Part shown: one piece after another, positions 20,472 through 33,700 of the stretch
How the letters are laid out: each line of letters opens with the position of its first letter
Numbering within the stretch: the stretch's first letter is position 1
NCBI GenBank assembly: GCA_943789205.1
Contig: CALSTG010000001.1
Location: 632,182-696,181, forward strand
Direction of reading: 5' to 3'
DNA length: 64,000 bases
Source: an uncultured Flavobacteriales bacterium
GTDB lineage: Bacteria > Bacteroidota > Bacteroidia > Flavobacteriales_D > Crocinitomicaceae
The notes under the pieces: generated by a model
What the model was told of the DNA's origin: nothing
Database searches by the model: none
Seen by the model: only the letters and a program-made list of their open reading frames with translations
Position numbers and translations under genes: made by a program

Positions 20472-22109
20472 ATGATGTTGAATAAAAAAGAGCGGTATTT
20501 CAGTTCGTTGTCAGGCGGGATAATAATGTTTCTTGCTTTCCCTTTCACGGGAAGCCTTACACCACTCATTTTCATTGGACTCCTACCATTACTGATCATT
20601 GAAGACTCCGTATTAAAATCTAAATTGTCATCAAGTAATTTATTTTTACATACGTTTTTATGTTTTTTAATTTTCAATATTGGAACATCTTGGTGGCTAA
20701 TAAATGCCAGCTTGGGTGGAGCGATTTTTGCATTTTTATTCAATTCACTAGTCATGTCTCTTTGCTTTCATGCGTTTCATTTAACAAGAAAATACGTTGG
20801 GAGTAAAGAAGGCTATCTTTCTCTACCTTTTTACTGGCTGGGATTTGAATACCTTCATAACCATTGGGAGTTTGCCCATCCCTGGCTTAGTTTAGGGAAT
20901 ACTTTTTCAATCCGTACAAGTTGGGTGCAATGGTATGAATACACAGGAGTTTCAGGCGGTACCTTATGGGTGATTATTGTTAATGTAGTTTGCTTCTTGG
21001 CATATAGATCCTGGAGAAGTAAACAAAATACCCTTAGAACTTTTCTGTCTTTATGGATTGTGATTCTCACGCCACTCCTCCTTTCTTTTTATACTGGAAT
21101 TCAACATCGGTATAATATTGAAAAAGATAAAAATCAACAAAAAATAAACACAGTCATTGTTCAACCCAATATTGATCCTTACAACGAGAAATTCGACTAC
21201 TCAACCTTTCAGAATCAAAACGCGAGCATACTAAGACTCGCTTCCAAAAAGGTAAGCTCCGAAACCGAACTTATTATAGCGCCTGAAACTGCAATTAGCG
21301 CAAGCTTCGATGAATCTCAATTTAACTCATTATCTGTTTATCCCATGTATAGAGATAGTGTATTGTCATGGAATACGAATCTCTTAATAGGCGCATCAAC
21401 ACTGAATATCTTTGATAAAAAGCAATCCAAAAGTTCTAGAGCCTTAAAAGATGGACGTTTTATAGAATATTATAACTCAAGCCTGCTGCTCAGACCTGAT
21501 TCAGCAACTACATTTGTACATAAGTCAAAACTTGTTGCTGGGGTAGAACAAATCCCATATTCTAAATACATCTCTTTTTTCGAAAAACTTGCAGTAGACA
21601 ATGGTGGTACAATTGGATCTTTAGGAAAGGAAAAAAATGTAAAAGTCATGCATACAACATTTGGAAAAATAGCACCCATTGTTTGCTATGAATCTGTCTT
21701 CAGTGAATTTGTTGGGGAACAATCAAGACTTGGGGCTCAATTGCTTTGCGTAATTACAAATGATGGATGGTGGAAAGATACGCCAGGCTACAAACAACAT
21801 TTTAGCTTTGCCAGGTTGCGAGCAATTGAAAACAGAAAGTGGCTTATTCGATCGGCAAACACGGGAAAAAGCGGTGTGATTTCTTCTGATGGATCAATTA
21901 TTTCAGAAACCAAATGGTGGGAGCCAGACGTGATTTCTATATCTGTGCCGTTAATGAATACGCTAACTACATTTGCACAATACGGAGATATTCTCGGAAG
22001 AAGTTCTTCTTTTCTCAGCGTCTTCATATTTATCTTTGCCCTTTCAAAAAAAATAAGACCAAACAACGATCGACCTAAAAAATCAAAAACTAAGGAAATC
22101 GTTACTTAA
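20472..22109 (+). CDS. lnt: Apolipoprotein N-acyltransferase
   Basis: It has an N-terminal multi-TM region and a CN-hydrolase domain (VQPNIDPYNEKF, PIVCYESVF with the catalytic Cys). Confidence 0.88.
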   Translation: MMLNKKERYFSSLSGGIIMFLAFPFTGSLTPLIFIGLLPLLIIEDSVLKSKLSSSNLFLHTFLCFLIFNIGTSWWLINASLGGAIFAFLFNSLVMSLCFHAFHLTRKYVGSKEGYLSLPFYWLGFEYLHNHWEFAHPWLSLGNTFSIRTSWVQWYEYTGVSGGTLWVIIVNVVCFLAYRSWRSKQNTLRTFLSLWIVILTPLLLSFYTGIQHRYNIEKDKNQQKINTVIVQPNIDPYNEKFDYSTFQNQNASILRLASKKVSSETELIIAPETAISASFDESQFNSLSVYPMYRDSVLSWNTNLLIGASTLNIFDKKQSKSSRALKDGRFIEYYNSSLLLRPDSATTFVHKSKLVAGVEQIPYSKYISFFEKLAVDNGGTIGSLGKEKNVKVMHTTFGKIAPIVCYESVFSEFVGEQSRLGAQLLCVITNDGWWKDTPGYKQHFSFARLRAIENRKWLIRSANTGKSGVISSDGSIISETKWWEPDVISISVPLMNTLTTFAQYGDILGRSSSFLSVFIFIFALSKKIRPNNDRPKKSKTKEIVT

Positions 22110-22131
22110 GATTCGAATTCATTTAAATCAC

Positions 22132-23232
22132 ATGTCGAATAAAGCAATAAAAGAACATCAGTTATATATATCAAGCCTCGGTGTTTTGTGGAAACTTTGG
22201 AGGGCAAATAAAAAAAGCATCACGTCAATCAAGATGTGCTTGAAAATTCTTCTTTTCACAATACTTAGTGCCCCTTTTAGGCTGCTTCAAAAACTACGAT
22301 ACGATAAAAAAATAAAAAAGATAGAACTCAAAAACACACCTCCTGTATTTGTAATTGGGCATTGGAGAAGTGGAACAACACATCTTCATTATCTGCTTAC
22401 CCAGGACCCAAGGTTTTCACATCTTGAAGCATTTCAAGCCTTTTTTTTTAGAATCGCATTGGTTTCAAAAAGAACGATGAAACCCCTTCTTAATAGACTT
22501 ATGCCTAAAACCAGACCTCAAGACAATGTCATAATCAATGCAACTGCACCAACCGAAGAAGAACACCCACTAACTAATTTAACACATAGAAGTGCCATGC
22601 ATTCCTTTTTCTTCCCAAGAAATCAAAGCTACTTTAGGAAATATCATTTGTTTGAGGCAACGTCATTTTCTATTAATAAATGGAAACAAACATATAACCG
22701 AATGTTACAAGAGATAGCATTTTACAATGGTCCTGAAAAAACATTGCTCCTTAAAAACCCTCACAATACTGGAAGAGTTAAAATACTTTTGGAGCTCTAC
22801 CCTGATGCAAAGTTTATATTCATTCACAGAAACCCATATGAGGTCTATCAATCAACAACACACCTTTACAACACTACTATAAAATCTCAATTCCTTCAAG
22901 AATTTTCAGCTCAGGAAATCTCTGATACGGTCATCCAAACCTATGAATTGGTTATGAAACAGTATCTCAAGACAAAAGCCAATCTTCCAAAAAATAAAAT
23001 CAGTGAGATCTCGTTTGACGAATTGTCACGGAACCCTATAGAAACCTTGAAACGCGTTTATTCAGATTTAAATATTCAAGATTTCGATAACGCATTACCT
23101 TATTTCAATAGTTATTTAGACAAACAAAAAAATTATAAAAAAAACAAATTCAAACCACTGGCAGAGGATATCAAAAGAAAGCTTATCGACAATTGGAGCT
23201 TTGCCTTTGAAACATGGAATTATCCTGTCTGA
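22132..23232 (+). CDS. Sulfotransferase family protein
   Basis: GHWRSGTTHLHYLL matches the PAPS 5'-phosphosulfate-binding loop. Size and pattern fit Sulfotransfer-type folds. Confidence 0.7.
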   Translation: MSNKAIKEHQLYISSLGVLWKLWRANKKSITSIKMCLKILLFTILSAPFRLLQKLRYDKKIKKIELKNTPPVFVIGHWRSGTTHLHYLLTQDPRFSHLEAFQAFFFRIALVSKRTMKPLLNRLMPKTRPQDNVIINATAPTEEEHPLTNLTHRSAMHSFFFPRNQSYFRKYHLFEATSFSINKWKQTYNRMLQEIAFYNGPEKTLLLKNPHNTGRVKILLELYPDAKFIFIHRNPYEVYQSTTHLYNTTIKSQFLQEFSAQEISDTVIQTYELVMKQYLKTKANLPKNKISEISFDELSRNPIETLKRVYSDLNIQDFDNALPYFNSYLDKQKNYKKNKFKPLAEDIKRKLIDNWSFAFETWNYPV

Positions 23233-23301
23233 GAATGTTACCAAATAATCTTTTAACTCAAACTTTTTGATACCTTTGTTTTGATAAAAATTCACTGACT
23301 C

Positions 23302-24258
23302 ATGAGTATTTACTTAGATTTTGAAGAACCAATCAAAGCGATTGAAGAGCAAATTGAAAAGACAAAAGAAATTGGAGACACCTCTGATCTCGATATGACA
23401 GATAAAATTCAAGAGCTCGAGCAAAAGCTTAAAAAGAAAACCAAAGAAATCTTTACGAATTTAACACCTTGGCAAAGAGTTCAACTTTCCAGACATCCCG
23501 AAAGACCTTATACTTTAGCATATGTCAATGCCATTACCGAAGGTAAATTTATAGAACTTCACGGTGACAGAAATGTTAAGGATGACAAAGCTATGGTGGG
23601 AGGACTTGGCTTAGTTGATGGTAAATCTGTGATGTTCATTGGACACCAAAAAGGGGTAAATACCAAAATGAGACAATATCGAAATTTTGGGATGCCCAAC
23701 CCCGAGGGATATAGGAAAGCACTTCGTCTCATGAAGCTCGCTGAAAAATTCAACAAACCTATCGTAACCTTTATTGATACACCTGGTGCCTTTCCTGGTC
23801 TAGAAGCAGAAGAAAGAGGGCAAGGCGAAGCTATTGCTCGTAATATTTATGAGATGATGCGTTTAAAAGTTCCTGTTATCTGTATCATTATAGGTGAGGG
23901 AGCATCGGGAGGAGCATTAGGAATTGGCGTTGGTGATAAAGTTGTTATGCTGGAAAATACCTGGTATTCGGTAATATCTCCAGAATCATGCTCATCTATA
24001 TTATGGCGTTCATGGGAGTTCAAAGAAAAGGCAGCAGATGCATTAAAGCTTACTTCAAAAGATATGACTAAGAATAAGCTGGTCGATGATGTAATAAAAG
24101 AACCTTTAGATGGAGCACACCGTTCAGAACATCTTATTTTTGAACGTGTTAAAAAATACATTAAAAAAGCTGTTCAAGAGCTAGAAACAATTGAGCCTGA
24201 AGAACGAATCAATCAAAGAGTTGAAAAGTTCAACAAAATGGGTATCTGGAAACACTAA
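23302..24258 (+). CDS. accA: Acetyl-CoA carboxylase carboxyltransferase alpha subunit
   Basis: The motifs [19 protein letters not shown] and [10 protein letters not shown] are present. Confidence 0.95.
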   Translation: MSIYLDFEEPIKAIEEQIEKTKEIGDTSDLDMTDKIQELEQKLKKKTKEIFTNLTPWQRVQLSRHPERPYTLAYVNAITEGKFIELHGDRNVKDDKAMVGGLGLVDGKSVMFIGHQKGVNTKMRQYRNFGMPNPEGYRKALRLMKLAEKFNKPIVTFIDTPGAFPGLEAEERGQGEAIARNIYEMMRLKVPVICIIIGEGASGGALGIGVGDKVVMLENTWYSVISPESCSSILWRSWEFKEKAADALKLTSKDMTKNKLVDDVIKEPLDGAHRSEHLIFERVKKYIKKAVQELETIEPEERINQRVEKFNKMGIWKH

Positions 24259-24272
24259 AATAAAACTTCCTG

Positions 24273-26369
24273 ATGAACGATTTGGCTGCGACTCCTATTG
24301 AATATTTAAAGGGCGTTGGTCCTCAAAAAGCCATTTTACTCAAGAAGGAATTAGGTATTCAAACGTATGGTGATTTATTATTTCACTTCCCCTATAGATA
24401 TGTAGACAGAACCTCCTTTACAAAAATAAAAGAGCTTCAACACACAGATAGCCATGTGCTATTAAGAGGGAAAATTGATCAAATTAGAGAGACAGGAAAA
24501 GGCCGATACAAAAAACTATCTGCTCGTTTTGGAGATGAATCAGGGTATATTGAATTGGTTTGGTTTCAAGGCGCTAAGTGGATTAAAGATAGTCTAAAGG
24601 TAAATGAAGTTTATCACATATTTGGGAAAGCGAAAGTCTATGCGCAAAAGTGGTCTATGCCACATCCTGAAATGACTTTGGCTTCAAGTCAAAACACCAG
24701 AACTGGTTTTTTTCCACTTTACTCAAGCACAGAAAAATTAAGCTCCAAAGGACTGCATTCAAAAGGGATTGAAAAGCTAGTAGCTTTGATTATTCCACAG
24801 ATTGGACCATCATTCCCGGAGACGCTTTCAGATCATATTTGCGAGCAAAATAGACTCATTTCTAAAAAAGAGGCACTGGTTAAAATTCACCAACCCGCAA
24901 AGCATACGGATATTCAATCTGCCAGAATACGCTTAAAATTTGAAGAACTATTTTATCTTCAGCTCGAGCTATTGATTAGAAAAAAGCTAAGCGCTTCTCG
25001 ACACAAAGGTTTTATCTTTAATGAAATAGGAACACTATTCACAACATTTTATGATGAGCACCTTCCTTTTGAATTAACAGGCGCTCAAAAACGTGTAATT
25101 AAAGAGATTAGAAAGGACTTCTTAAGTGGCATGCACATGAATCGACTGCTACAGGGAGACGTTGGTAGTGGCAAAACTTTAGTCGCTTTAATGTCCATGC
25201 TTATTGCTGTTGGCAATAACTACCAAAGTGCAATTATGGCACCCACGGAGATCTTAGCCAATCAGCATTTAGAAACATTGAAAGAATTTACTGCTGGTTT
25301 ACCTATTAAAATAGAGCTATTGACAGGCTCGACTAAAAAGGCGAAACGAACGGAAATTCATAAGGGCCTATTGGATGGATCCTTACATATATTAGTGGGA
25401 ACACATGCCCTTCTTGAGGACACCGTTCAATTTCAGAATATTGGATTGGTTGTAATAGATGAACAACATCGTTTTGGCGTGGCACAACGCTCAAAAATGT
25501 GGAGGAAGAATAAACAACCTCCTCACATCTTAATAATGACAGCAACACCAATCCCAAGAACTTTAGCTATGACTTTTTATGGAGATCTTGAAGTATCTGT
25601 TATTGACGAGCTTCCGCCGGGTAGAAAAGAAATTAAAACATACCACAGGTATGAAAAAAATCGACTTCAGGTTTTCGAATTTATCAGAAGAGAAATAGAA
25701 AAAGGACGTCAAATCTACATGGTATTTCCACTGATTCAAGAGTCCGAAAAACTTGATTTTCATAATCTAATGGATGGATTCGAAGCTGTTACAAGAGCTT
25801 TCCCGCTTCCTCAATTCAATGTGAGTATTGTACATGGTCAAATGAAGAGTGATGAGAAGGAATTTGAAATGCAACGATTTATCAAAGGCGAAACTCAAAT
25901 TATGGTTGCGACTACGGTAATTGAGGTCGGCGTGAATGTTCCGAATGCAACGATGATGATTATAGAAAGTGCAGAACGTTTTGGCTTGTCTCAACTCCAC
26001 CAGCTTAGAGGTCGTGTTGGCAGGGGTGGCGAACAGTCTTTCTGTATTTTGATGACAAAAATAGAACTCTCAAAGGAATCTAAAAAAAGAATGCAAACGA
26101 TGGTCAATTCCAACGACGGATTTGATATAGCTGAGGTTGACCTTCAATTAAGAGGTCCAGGTGATTTAATGGGGACGCAACAGAGCGGCGAGCTTGACTT
26201 GAAGATATCAGATTTAAGAAAGGATGGCGCTATTGTAACCATGGCGAGAGAGGCAGCACGACAGCTTATAAATGACGATCCAAACTTTACAAAAAATGAG
26301 AACGCTCGAATACTTAAAACGATTGAAGTTATTTTAACCAATAAACCGGATTGGGGGAAAATAGCATAA
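24273..26369 (+). CDS. recG: ATP-dependent DNA helicase RecG
   Basis: It has Walker A GDVGSGKT, a DEQH box, an N-terminal wedge/OB region and QLRGRVGRG. Confidence 0.95.
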   Translation: MNDLAATPIEYLKGVGPQKAILLKKELGIQTYGDLLFHFPYRYVDRTSFTKIKELQHTDSHVLLRGKIDQIRETGKGRYKKLSARFGDESGYIELVWFQGAKWIKDSLKVNEVYHIFGKAKVYAQKWSMPHPEMTLASSQNTRTGFFPLYSSTEKLSSKGLHSKGIEKLVALIIPQIGPSFPETLSDHICEQNRLISKKEALVKIHQPAKHTDIQSARIRLKFEELFYLQLELLIRKKLSASRHKGFIFNEIGTLFTTFYDEHLPFELTGAQKRVIKEIRKDFLSGMHMNRLLQGDVGSGKTLVALMSMLIAVGNNYQSAIMAPTEILANQHLETLKEFTAGLPIKIELLTGSTKKAKRTEIHKGLLDGSLHILVGTHALLEDTVQFQNIGLVVIDEQHRFGVAQRSKMWRKNKQPPHILIMTATPIPRTLAMTFYGDLEVSVIDELPPGRKEIKTYHRYEKNRLQVFEFIRREIEKGRQIYMVFPLIQESEKLDFHNLMDGFEAVTRAFPLPQFNVSIVHGQMKSDEKEFEMQRFIKGETQIMVATTVIEVGVNVPNATMMIIESAERFGLSQLHQLRGRVGRGGEQSFCILMTKIELSKESKKRMQTMVNSNDGFDIAEVDLQLRGPGDLMGTQQSGELDLKISDLRKDGAIVTMAREAARQLINDDPNFTKNENARILKTIEVILTNKPDWGKIA

Positions 26370-26370
26370 A

Positions 26371-26400
26371 AAAAGGGAGACAATTGCCTCCCTTTTTTTA
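26371..26400. terminator. Bidirectional terminator between convergent recG and rpoC
   Basis: aaaaagggag-acaattgc-ctcccttttt is a short GC stem flanked by an A-run and a T-run. Confidence 0.55.
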
Positions 26401-26414
26401 TAAGAATTCATTTG

Positions 26415-29400
26415 TTATGATTCCGCTTCTTCCTTTAAGGATTCTAAAGCCTCGGCAGAACCTACAAGCATTTTTTGGAACTTACGAACTCCTGTTCCTG
26501 CTGGAATTAGATGCCCTACGATAACGTTCTCTTTCAAACCAAGTAAATGATCTTCTTTTCCTGATATCGCAGCTTCATTCAATACTTTGGTTGTTTCCTG
26601 GAAGGAAGCAGCCGATATAAACGATTGCGTCTGAAGCGATGCTCTTGTTATACCTTGTAATAGCGGTTTAGATGTAGCAGCTTTAGCCTCTCGAGCTTCA
26701 ACAAGTGCCTTGTCTTCTCTCTTCAGCTTCGCATTTTCATCACGCAACCTTCTTACCGATACGAGCTGTCCTTTTTTCAATTCAACAGAATCTCCAACCT
26801 CTTGAACAAACATCATTCCGAATAAAGCATCATTTTCTTCCATGATATCTGCTTTATGAACTGATTGACCTTCAAGGAACTTCGTGTCTCCTGAATCAAT
26901 AATTTCCGCTTTAAGCATCATCTGGCGAACAATCACCTCAAAGTGCTTGTCATTGATCTTAACACCTTGTAGTCGATATACCTCTTGAATCTCATTAACA
27001 ATGTACTCTTGTACTTTTGTAGGACCTTCAATGTTTAGAATATCTCTAGGTGTAATAGCTCCATCCGACAATGGCTGACCAGCACGAACGTAATCATTTT
27101 TCTGAACTAAGATATGCTTAGAAAGCGGTACAAGATATTTATGAACCGCACCCACCTTAGGTGTGATAATAATTTCACGATTACCTCTTTTAATGTTTCC
27201 ATAATCCGCAGTTCCATCAATTGCAGAAACAACTGCAGGATTTGATGGGTTTCTTGCTTCAAATAATTCAGTAACTCTAGGAAGACCACCAGTGATATCA
27301 CCTGTCTTACCTGCCATTCTCGGTATCTTAACTAAGATATGACCAGCCTCAAGTTTATCACCTTCACTCACAGAAATATGAGAATTCACTGGAATAGAAT
27401 ACTCTCGTAAAATCTCTTTCGTTTTTGTGTCAATGATATTAATTGCTGGAGTTTTCTTTTTGTCTTTAGTTTCAGTAATTACTTTCTCTGTAAATCCTGT
27501 CTGTTCATCAACTTCTTCTCGGTATGTAATACCTTCCTCTATGTGATCAAAAACAACAGTTCCTTTCACTTCAGAAATAATAAGAGCATTGTATGGATCC
27601 CATTTACAAATTACGTCACCTTTTTTCAGTTTTGTTTTACTCTTAACTAACAATTCAGAACCATATGGAATATTGGTATTCATTATAACAATTCCAGTTT
27701 TCTCATCTGTGATTTTAAGCTCAGCAGATCGACCAACAACTATTACCTTTGTCTTACCATCATCGCCTTTTTTCTCGATGGTTCTTAATTCATCAATTTC
27801 TAACAAACCATTTCCTTTTGCTTTAATGTCTGAAACATCAGCAATGTTCGAGGCAGTACCCCCAACGTGGAACGTTCTCAGCGTAAGCTGAGTCCCAGGC
27901 TCACCAATTGACTGTGCAGCAACAACACCAACGGAATCACCTCTTTGCGCCAATCTATGATTGGAAAGATTTCTTCCGTAACATTTAGAGCATACACCTC
28001 TTCTCATTTCACAAGTCAATACCGAACGGATTTCAACTTCCTCAATATCCGCTTCTTGAATTTTCTCTGCAACATCCTCAGAAATCAAATCTCCTGCAGA
28101 TATGATAAGCTCATCAGACTCTGGCACGTATATATCATGTACAGACGTTCTTCCAAGAATTCTATCATATAAAGGTTCAACTATTTCATCATTTTTCTTT
28201 AACGCAGTAGCTACGATTCCTCTAAGCGTACCACAATCCTCAGAATTGATAACAACATCTTGAGCAACATCAACAAGTCTTCTTGTCAAGTAACCAGCAT
28301 CTGCTGTTTTCAGTGCAGTATCCGCAAGACCCTTACGAGCACCGTGAGTTGAGATAAAATATTCAAGAATTGAAAGACCTTCTTTAAAGTTCGAAAGAAT
28401 CGGATTTTCAATAATCTCTTGAACTGACGCACCTGATTTTTGCGGCTTCGCCATCAATCCACGCATTCCTGAAAGCTGTCGAATTTGTTCTTTAGAACCC
28501 CTTGCTCCTGAATCAAACATCATATAGATAGAGTTAAAACCTTGTCTATCTGTTTTCAGTTGGTCCATTAAGGTATGCGTCAATCTTGAGTTTGTATGAG
28601 TCCAAACATCAATAATTTGATTGTAACGCTCATTATTTGTGATCAGACCCATGTTGTAATTCATCATGACCTCTTTCACTTGCGTTTCCGCCTTATCTAC
28701 AAGCTCTACTTTTTCTTTTGGAATTATAATGTCATCTAAGTTGAAAGACAAGCCTCCTTTAAACGCCATCGTATATCCTAATTCTTTGATATCATCAAGG
28801 AACTGTGCTGTTCTTGATGTACCTGAGATCTTTAGGACACCACCAATAATATCTCTTAGGGCTTTCTTTGTCAATACTTCGTTAATAAAACCTGCCTCTT
28901 GAGGCACGTGCTCATTAAATATTACACGACCACAAGTGGTTTCAATCAATTGTAATTCAGACTCACCTACATCATTTAAATCCTCAGTTTTCACTTTGAT
29001 TTTAGCATGTAAATCTAGTTTTCCTTCATTGTATGCAATAATAACTTCAGCAGGTGAATAGAAAATTCCATCCTCTCCCTTAACTACATCATTCTTTAAA
29101 GATTTTTTCTCTTTTGTAATGTAATAAAGACCAAGAACCATATCCTGAGAAGGCACAGCAATAGGTGCACCATTCGCAGGGTTAAGGATATTGTGAGATG
29201 CGAGCATTAGCATCTGAGCTTCAAGAATTGCAGCATTCCCTAAAGGAAGGTGAACCGCCATCTGGTCACCATCGAAATCGGCGTTAAATGCCGTCGTAAC
29301 CAATGGATGTAAACGAATAGCTTTACCTTCAATTAATTTAGGTTGAAAAGCCTGAATCCCCAATCTGTGAAGCGTTGGAGCCCTATTTAAAAGTACAGGA

Positions 29401-30710
29401 TGTCCTTTTAGTATATTTTCAAGAATGTCCCAAACAACTGGCTCTTTCTTATCTACTATTTTCTTAGCTGACTTCACTGTTTTTACAATACCTCTTTCGA
29501 TCATTTTACGAATGATAAATGGCTTGTATAGCTCAGCCGCCATCCCTTTAGGAAGACCACATTCGTGAAGCTTAAGGTTTGGACCGACAACAATTACAGA
29601 ACGTGCAGAATAATCAACACGCTTACCAAGAAGGTTTTGACGGAATCGACCCTGCTTTCCTTTCAAAGAATCAGAAAGTGACTTTAACGCTCGATTAGAT
29701 TCTGTTTTCACAGCACTAGACTTACGAGAGTTGTCAAATAATGAATCAACCGACTCTTGAAGCATTCGCTTTTCATTTCTCAAAATCACTTCAGGAGCTT
29801 TAATTTCAATCAATCTTTTTAGACGATTGTTTCTAATAATCACTCTTCTGTATAGGTCATTTAAATCTGAAGTTGCAAATCTTCCTCCATCAAGTGGAAC
29901 TAATGGTCTTAATTCAGGTGGAATTACCGGAACAACTTTCACAATCATCCATTCGGGACGATTTTCAACGCGTGTTTGCGAATCTTTCATCGCTTCAACA
30001 ACTTGCAATCTTTTTAAGGCTTCATTCTTTCTCTGTACAGAAGTTTCATTTTCTGCAAGGTCACGAAGTTGGTAAGACATTTCCTCTAAATTCAATGACT
30101 GAAGAAGGTCGTGAATAGCTTCAGCACCCATCTTTGCAATGAATTTATTAGGATCCGTATCATCTAAGTATTGGTTCTCTTTCGGAAGTGCATCCAAAAT
30201 ATCCAAATACTCTTCTTCCGTTAAAAAGTCCATCTTTTTCAGCTCTACCTCTGGAAGCTCATTTGCAGAACCACTTTGGATGACAACATAACGTTCGTAA
30301 TAGATAATCTGATCTAATTTCTTTGTAGGAAGACCTAATAAGTATCCAATCTTATTTGGTAATGATCTAAAATACCAGATATGAGCAACAGGAACTACTA
30401 AAGCGATATGCCCCATACGTTCTCTACGCACCTTTTTTTCTGTAACTTCAACACCACAACGGTCGCAAACTATTCCTTTATATCGGATTCTTTTGTACTT
30501 ACCACAGTGACATTCGAAGTCTTTTACAGGGCCAAAGATTCTTTCACAAAACAAACCATCTCTCTCAGGTTTATAAGTTCTGTAATTGATTGTCTCCGGT
30601 TTCAAAACTTCACCACTTGAATTCTCCAAGATGATTTCTGGAGAAGAAAGTGAAATCGTTATTTTATTAAAACTACTTTGTTTTCTTGGTGTTTCTTTTT
30701 TGAAAGCCAT
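26415..30710 (-). CDS. rpoC: DNA-directed RNA polymerase subunit beta'
   Basis: 1431 aa. It has the NADFDGDQM catalytic motif and zinc-binding Cys clusters. Confidence 0.99.
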   Translation of the reverse strand: MAFKKETPRKQSSFNKITISLSSPEIILENSSGEVLKPETINYRTYKPERDGLFCERIFGPVKDFECHCGKYKRIRYKGIVCDRCGVEVTEKKVRRERMGHIALVVPVAHIWYFRSLPNKIGYLLGLPTKKLDQIIYYERYVVIQSGSANELPEVELKKMDFLTEEEYLDILDALPKENQYLDDTDPNKFIAKMGAEAIHDLLQSLNLEEMSYQLRDLAENETSVQRKNEALKRLQVVEAMKDSQTRVENRPEWMIVKVVPVIPPELRPLVPLDGGRFATSDLNDLYRRVIIRNNRLKRLIEIKAPEVILRNEKRMLQESVDSLFDNSRKSSAVKTESNRALKSLSDSLKGKQGRFRQNLLGKRVDYSARSVIVVGPNLKLHECGLPKGMAAELYKPFIIRKMIERGIVKTVKSAKKIVDKKEPVVWDILENILKGHPVLLNRAPTLHRLGIQAFQPKLIEGKAIRLHPLVTTAFNADFDGDQMAVHLPLGNAAILEAQMLMLASHNILNPANGAPIAVPSQDMVLGLYYITKEKKSLKNDVVKGEDGIFYSPAEVIIAYNEGKLDLHAKIKVKTEDLNDVGESELQLIETTCGRVIFNEHVPQEAGFINEVLTKKALRDIIGGVLKISGTSRTAQFLDDIKELGYTMAFKGGLSFNLDDIIIPKEKVELVDKAETQVKEVMMNYNMGLITNNERYNQIIDVWTHTNSRLTHTLMDQLKTDRQGFNSIYMMFDSGARGSKEQIRQLSGMRGLMAKPQKSGASVQEIIENPILSNFKEGLSILEYFISTHGARKGLADTALKTADAGYLTRRLVDVAQDVVINSEDCGTLRGIVATALKKNDEIVEPLYDRILGRTSVHDIYVPESDELIISAGDLISEDVAEKIQEADIEEVEIRSVLTCEMRRGVCSKCYGRNLSNHRLAQRGDSVGVVAAQSIGEPGTQLTLRTFHVGGTASNIADVSDIKAKGNGLLEIDELRTIEKKGDDGKTKVIVVGRSAELKITDEKTGIVIMNTNIPYGSELLVKSKTKLKKGDVICKWDPYNALIISEVKGTVVFDHIEEGITYREEVDEQTGFTEKVITETKDKKKTPAINIIDTKTKEILREYSIPVNSHISVSEGDKLEAGHILVKIPRMAGKTGDITGGLPRVTELFEARNPSNPAVVSAIDGTADYGNIKRGNREIIITPKVGAVHKYLVPLSKHILVQKNDYVRAGQPLSDGAITPRDILNIEGPTKVQEYIVNEIQEVYRLQGVKINDKHFEVIVRQMMLKAEIIDSGDTKFLEGQSVHKADIMEENDALFGMMFVQEVGDSVELKKGQLVSVRRLRDENAKLKREDKALVEAREAKAATSKPLLQGITRASLQTQSFISAASFQETTKVLNEAAISGKEDHLLGLKENVIVGHLIPAGTGVRKFQKMLVGSAEALESLKEEAES

Positions 30711-30741
30711 TTTTTATACTAATTCGTTAGTTACTAGTTTC

Positions 30742-33700
30742 TTAATCCATTGTTACATTCAGACACAAACCTCGAAGTTCGTGAAGCAATACATTAAATG
30801 ATTCAGGTATTCCTGGCTCACCGATATTATCACCTTTCACAATACTTTCGTATGCTTTTGCCCGACCATTAACATCATCGGATTTCACTGTTAAAATTTC
30901 TTGAAGGATATTTGACGCACCGAATGCCTCTAATGCCCATACTTCCATTTCTCCAAAACGCTGACCTCCAAATTGAGCTTTACCACCCAATGGTTGTTGT
31001 GTAATCAAAGAATATGGTCCTATTGACCTTGCGTGCATCTTGTCATCTACCATGTGAGATAGTTTCAACATATATATCACTCCAACTGTTGCTGGCTGAT
31101 GGAAACGTTCTCCCGTACCACCGTCAAATAAATAGGTTTTACCTGATTGAGGCACACCGGCTTTATCTGTCCATTCATTAATTTCATCTGGAGTAGCACC
31201 ATCAAAAATTGGTGTTGAGAATTTCATACCTAATTTCTCTCCTGCCCATCCAAGAACTGTTTCATAGATTTGACCCAAGTTCATACGAGAAGGTACACCA
31301 AGTGGATTCAGTACTATATCAACTGGCGTCCCATCTTCTAGGAATGGCATATCTTCTTGACGAACAATATTTGCTACAATTCCTTTATTACCATGACGTC
31401 CTGCCATTTTATCTCCAACCTTCAGCTTTCGTTTTTTAGCTACAAAAACCTTCGCAAGTTTAATGATTCCTGCAGGTAATTCGTCACCAACAGAGATATG
31501 GAATTTTCTTCTTTTATAGTTCCCCAATATGTCATTGGCCTTAATATTGTAATTATGAATAACACGGCTTATTAATTGGTTTACTTTTTCATCAGAGGTC
31601 CACTTGAGAGGATTCACAATTGTATAATCAAGAGAGGTTAAAGCTTTCATTGAAAACTTAGCACCTTTTTTGATTAACTCCTCTTTAAAGTTATTGAATA
31701 CACCTGTAGATTTTTTATCACCGATAATCTTAATTAGCTTTTCGGCAAGTTTTTCTTTCAATGAAACAACATCCTTTTGGTATTCTTTATCAATCGACTC
31801 CAATAATGGTTTGTCTTGACTCTTCGATTTTCTATCCTTTACGGCTCTAGAGAATAATTTTTTGTCAATAACAACACCTCTTAGTGAAGGTCCTGCTTTT
31901 AAAGAAGCATCTTTTACATCTCCCGCTTTATCACCAAAAATAGCACGCAAAAGCTTTTCTTCTGGAGATGGATCAGTTTCACCTTTAGGTGTGATTTTAC
32001 CAATTAAAATATCGCCTTCCTTAATTTCTGCACCAACACGGATACATCCATGTTCATCTAAGTCTTTCGTTGCTTCCTCACTAACATTAGGTATATCAGC
32101 AGTAAGCTCCTCCATTCCTCTTTTGGTATCACGAACCTCTAAAGAGTATTCATCGATATGTATAGAAGTGAAGACGTCGTCCCTAACAACACTTTCAGAG
32201 ATAACAATCGCATCCTCAAAGTTATAACCCTTCCATGGCATGAATGCCACTTTTAGGTTTTGACCAAGAGCAAGCTCTCCTTTTTGTGTAGCATATCCCT
32301 CGCAAAGAACCTGACCTTTAACAACCTTATCACCTTTCACAACGATAGGCTTGAGGTTTATACAAGTACTTTGGTTGGTTTTCATGAATTTAATCAAAGA
32401 ATATCGAGTGACTTCACTTTCAAAGCTCACAAGCTTATCTTCTGAATTCCAATCGTATCTGATTACGATTTCATTAGCATCGACATATTCAACAATTCCA
32501 GAACCTTCAGCATTTATAAGTACCCTTGAATCTTCAGCAACTAATTGCTCAATTCCAGTACCTACAATTGGTGAATTCGGTCTCAATAACGGAACGGCTT
32601 GACGCTGCATGTTTGATCCCATTAGTGCCCTGTTAGCATCATCATGCTCCAAAAATGGAATGGATGATGCAGCAATAGAAGCAATTTGGTTAGCACCAAC
32701 ATCCATCAAGTGGAGTTTGCTTGGTTCAACAACCGGGAAGTCTCCTTCAAATCTAGCCTTAACTACATCTGATAGGAAATTTCCTTTATCATCAACCTTC
32801 GCATTTGCTTGTGCAATTATTTTTGCATCCTCTTCCTCTGCAGCAACATAAACTGGCTCTTTGTCATATTGTACTTTACCTTTTTGAACTGAACGGTATG
32901 GTGTTTCAATAAAACCAAGCTTGTTTACTTTTGCAAATACACACAAAGAAGATATTAAACCAATATTTGGACCTTCAGGTGTTTCGATTGTACAAAGTCG
33001 ACCATAGTGTGTATAGTGAACATCACGAACCTCAAAACCTGCTCTTTCACGAGATAAACCGCCTGGTCCTAACGCAGACAATCTTCTCTTGTGTGTCACC
33101 TCGGATAATGGATTTGTTTGATCCATAAACTGTGACAACTGATTCGTTCCAAAGAAAGAATTGATAACTGAAGATAATGTCTTAGCGTTAATCAAGTCAA
33201 TTGGAGTAAAGACCTCGTTATCTCTAACATTCATTCGTTCTCTAATCGTTCTTGCCATTCTTGCAAGACCAACACCAAACTGAGAATACAATTGTTCACC
33301 AACGGTTCTAACTCTACGGTTAGATAAGTGGTCAATATCATCTACATCCGCTTTTGAATTGATCAATTTTATCAAGAATTTTATGATTTTAATCATATCA
33401 TCTTTTGTGAGAACTCTTGATTGCTCCTCTTGATCTATACCTAATTTTTTATTCAATCGGAATCGACCAACTTCACCAAGATCATAACGCGTATCTGAAA
33501 AGAATAATTTCTCAAAAACACCTTTCGCCGTCTCATAGTCGGGCGGATCTGCATTTCTCAGTTGTCTATAGATATGTTCTACAGCTTCTTTTTGAGAATT
33601 AGAAATATCTTTCTGTAAAGTGTTGTAGATGATCGTATAATCAGCCGTATTTACGTTCTCCTTGTGTAGGGTAACTGATTTTGCACCAGAATCCATAATT

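Noticed and set aside
31862-32227. 121-aa plus-strand ORF, plus several other 60-100-aa ORFs inside rpoB/rpoC.
   Set aside because: They are antisense shadow ORFs within highly conserved RNA polymerase genes.
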